DNA from: Cyanophora paradoxa CCMP329
Taxonomy: Eukaryota; Plantae; Glaucophyta
Reading direction: 5' to 3'
Assembly: GCA_004431415.1 (NCBI GenBank)
Contig: QPMI01000095.1
Location: 248,001-312,000 of the forward strand
Length of the DNA stretch: 64,000 nucleotides
This document shows, one piece after another, positions 61,004 through 64,000 of the stretch (within the stretch, counting starts at the first letter, position 1; each line of letters starts with the position of its first letter). The notes under the pieces are model-generated. The model made no database searches, was not told where the DNA came from, and saw only the letters and a list, made by a program, of their open reading frames with translations. The translations under genes and the position numbers were made by a program.

Positions 61004-62014
61004 CCGGGAGCCCTGGGGCGCCTGATCTCCCTGTCGGCCCCGACGAGCCCCATATGCATGCATGTGGCCCCACGCCGGCCCCGCTGCATCGATATCCGCT
61101 GGCGCCGCTCTCCAGTGAGGCGCCGCGGGCGCCGGCCCCCGCCCCCACCCGCGCCGGCCCCTCGCCGGCGTCCCCCTCCGCCGACCCAATGCGGGGCGTC
61201 GATATCGCAGCGGCGATCGGGCGGCGCTCCTCGGCCTCGACGCCCATCCTCGCGAGCCCCGCCTCCGGCCCCCTCCTCGGCGTGAGTCTTCTCGAGCCGG
61301 CGCCCCCGCTAGCGCTCCGGATCAAGATCTAGAGCTGCAGGATCCTGGCCTCAACCCCTCCCCCCTCGCCCCCCGCCCCGAATCGCCCCGAATTCGAAAG
61401 TGAATTTCCCTTCCCCGGACCCCGCAGCGGCGTGCACGAGCACGACCCCTTCCGAGCGCGCGCCGCAGCGGGCCCTTTATCTAGAGTGAATTCGAAGAAA
61501 ATCAGATGATCCGGGATCGGACTCGGCGAGCCTCGGAGCCTCGGAGATCCTTACGCCATCGTGTGCTGATCATGATCATGAATTCGAAAATTCTGTCGTC
61601 TTCGTCCATCCAGGCCCCGATCCAAAATTCTGTGCATACGCACTGGAGGCCCGATCCAGGCCCTATTTCTAGGGCCCCCATGCCACGCTAAAATCCACCA
61701 AGGGCGTGCAAGCAACTTGCAAATTAAAGTATTTTGCTTGCCAAATTTCAGCTGCTGAGCTGTGCGTCACCACTGGTCACCGGGTGCAGTGCAACTGCGC
61801 ACATGCGCATGCTGCAGCTGTCACAATCCGACTCGCTGATCATGATCATGAGCCCCCTTCCGCGGGACAACCGTTGAACAGCGCTTAGTATCGCGGGGCT
61901 GGCAGCGCGCCGCGCCCGCGTTTCAGAGGCCGCGCGTCGCCAGGCACGGGACCTGGAGGGACGCGCGGCGGGGCGCTGGGGCGCTGAGAGGCGGCGACCG
62001 CAGCGGGGCCATAG

Positions 62015-64000
62015 CTATAGGCGTGCGTGCTCCTGCGGCCACGGGCCCCGCGGGGTCGGGGCCTCGCGAGGGGCAGAGAGGGGCGGGCGGGGCGCGCTCA
62101 CGGGACGGAGGCGAGGGCCGGCTCGGGCTGGCGAGCCTCGGAGGGCGCGGCGCGGGGCGCGGCTCGGGGCTGGCGAAGCGCCGGTCGGGCCCCAGGGGCC
62201 CCTCGGCCCCAGCACCGCCTCGAGCCGCTCCTGCCCCCGCCCCGCCTCGCACCGCCGCGCAAGGCCGCGGGCCGCGGGGCGACGCACCAGGGCCCGCTCC
62301 GAGACAGGCGCGAGGCGCAGCGCGGAGGCGGAGGCGGCGGCGGCGGCGCGGGCGGCGGGGGCGGCGGCTGCGAGGCGGGGCAGGGAGGCGGCGTGGGCGT
62401 GGAGGAGGAGGGCGGCGGGGAAGGCGCCGAGCCCCGCGGCGGCGAGGGCGCGCTCGGCGGGGCGCGGCTCGTCGGGGAGGTGGAGCGGGGCGGGGGCGGG
62501 GCGGGGCCGGGGCCGGGGCGCGGGCGGGGCGGCCCTCGCGGCGGCGGCGGCTGCGAGGAGGCGGGGGACGTCCTCCGGGGCCGCGGCGAAGCGCAGCGCC
62601 ACCTGGGCGGCCGTCAGCGCGCCCCGCCCGCGGCGCCGCGCCCCGCGACCGGCGCGCCTCGGCGGGGAGGGCGCTCGCCGCGGTGGCGAGGGCCGCAGCG
62701 AGGCGCGGGGCGGCCGGGGGCGGGAAGGGCGGGCGGGCGCCGGGGCCGGTGGCGCCGGGGCGGGGCGAGGAGGAGGATGCGGTCGTAGCGGGCGGCGAGG
62801 GGCGCGAGGTTCGCCAGCATTGCCCCGCCAGCTCCTCCGCCGCCCCCGGCCCCGCCTCCGCCCCCGCCCCGCAACCTGCCCCGCCCTCCCCTTCAGCCCT
62901 GGGGGGAGGGCGAGGAGGGGCGGGCGGACGAGGGCCGGGGCAGGAGGACGACGGCGGCGGCGGGGAGAGGGCAAGGCGGCGGGGGCCTCGAGGGGCCGCA
63001 CCGCCACCGCCAGCCCCGCCCCGCGCAGCGCCCCAGCAGCCCCTGCCGCCCCCGCCATCAGCCCAGGCGCGGGGGCGCGGAGCATGGCGGCGGCTCACGG
63101 GCTCCTCCCGCTCGAGGGCGGCGCTGGCGAGGAGGGGCGGGGCAGGGGGCGGGGCCGGGGCGGCCGGGGCGAAGGCGGCGGGCCGAGGCGGGCGACGCCT
63201 CGGGCGCGAGCAGCGCCCCCGCCTCCAGCGGCCCCGCCGCCCCGCCCCGCCAGCCACGCCGGCCGCCGCCCTGCGGCCCAGGCGGCGTCAGCGGGCCTGC
63301 GAGGGAGGGAGGGGGAGGGGCGGGCCGGAGGGCGGCCCAGAGGCGCTCGGCGGCGCCGAGGGCGGCGTCGGCCTCGGCGTCGGCGGCGGGGCGGGGCGGC
63401 GGGGCGGGGCGGGAGGCGGACGGAGTGGAGGCGGCCGCGCGCCTCGAGCGCCGCCGCCGCCTCGGGCAGCGCTGCGGGGCCGCCCCCGTACCAGACGACC
63501 AGCCCGTACCTGCCGGCCCCGCCCTCGCCCCACAGCACCGCGCTCCCTCCGGGGCGGCGCACCGCTCCCAGGGACCTCGGGGCGGCGGCGGCGGCCTCGG
63601 TGGCGACGTGGACGGGGGCCGGGGGAGGGCGGCCCAGGCGGGGCCACGGGCACGGCGGCGAGGGCGAGGGCCGCCACGGGGGCGGGGCCCTCGGGCCGCA
63701 GCACGGCGGCGGGGCCGCAGGGCCGAGGGCGGCGCAGGCGGGGCCGATGTACGGGGGCCCGGGACGAGCACGAGGCGGGGCGGGGCGGGGCGGGGCCCGC
63801 GTGGAGGGCCCCGCGCCCCCGGCGGCGGCGGCGGCGGCGGCGTGGGCGGCGAGGGTGGCGCGGAGGGGGCGGCGCGGGGCTCTTCGGGCTCGGGGCCGGC
63901 GGGGAGGGCGGCGTCGCGCCAGAGGGGCGGGAGGAAGCGGGCGGCGAGGGGCCCGAGGCGCCCGTCGTCGAGCACCGCCGCGAGGTACGCCCGCAGCACC
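62015..64000 (-). CDS. Partial multi-exon host gene (3' part), possibly SHOC1/Zip2-like XPF-related
   Basis: Minus-strand exons LERE..., MLANLAPLAARYDRILLL and PAERALAAAGLGAFPAALLL loosely resemble the SHOC1/Zip2 C-terminal region; introns of the host type. Weak assignment. Confidence 0.3.

Noticed and set aside
1-64000. tRNA, rRNA or snRNA genes
   Set aside because: No recognisable structural RNA signatures by eye; a covariance-model scan would be needed to exclude them.

Overview
Eukaryotic (protist) nuclear DNA: very GC-rich, gene-dense, with many short (~50-90 nt) introns, so most long ORFs in the six-frame track are artefacts. Host genes, in order: alpha-glucan water dikinase with about 8 CBM45-like modules (runs off the window start), M16 zinc peptidase (SPP/PqqL-like), DUF6790-like membrane protein, small orphan, kanadaptin-like FHA protein, Furry/TAO3-like scaffold, PYROXD1, an unknown gene, a disrupted SDR, a lectin-like protein, a DUF4062-NACHT-TPR protein and a partial, possibly SHOC1/Zip2-like gene. 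At 43.7-48.4 kb there is a head-to-tail trimer of a non-autonomous Helentron/Helitron-like element. The main feature is an intact, AT-rich, intron-free 10,689-bp endogenous Polinton-like virus (50315-61003). It has 458-bp TIRs (5'-AG...CT-3') and a 5-bp TSD (CCGGG). It encodes a packaging ATPase, an NCLDV-like double jelly-roll MCP, a penton, two orphans, a 1353-aa vOTU-like/pPolB/SF1-helicase/HNH fusion and an rve integrase. No maturation protease was seen, and two of its genes share a giant-virus-like promoter motif. All family calls are by-eye motif recognition; no database search was run.
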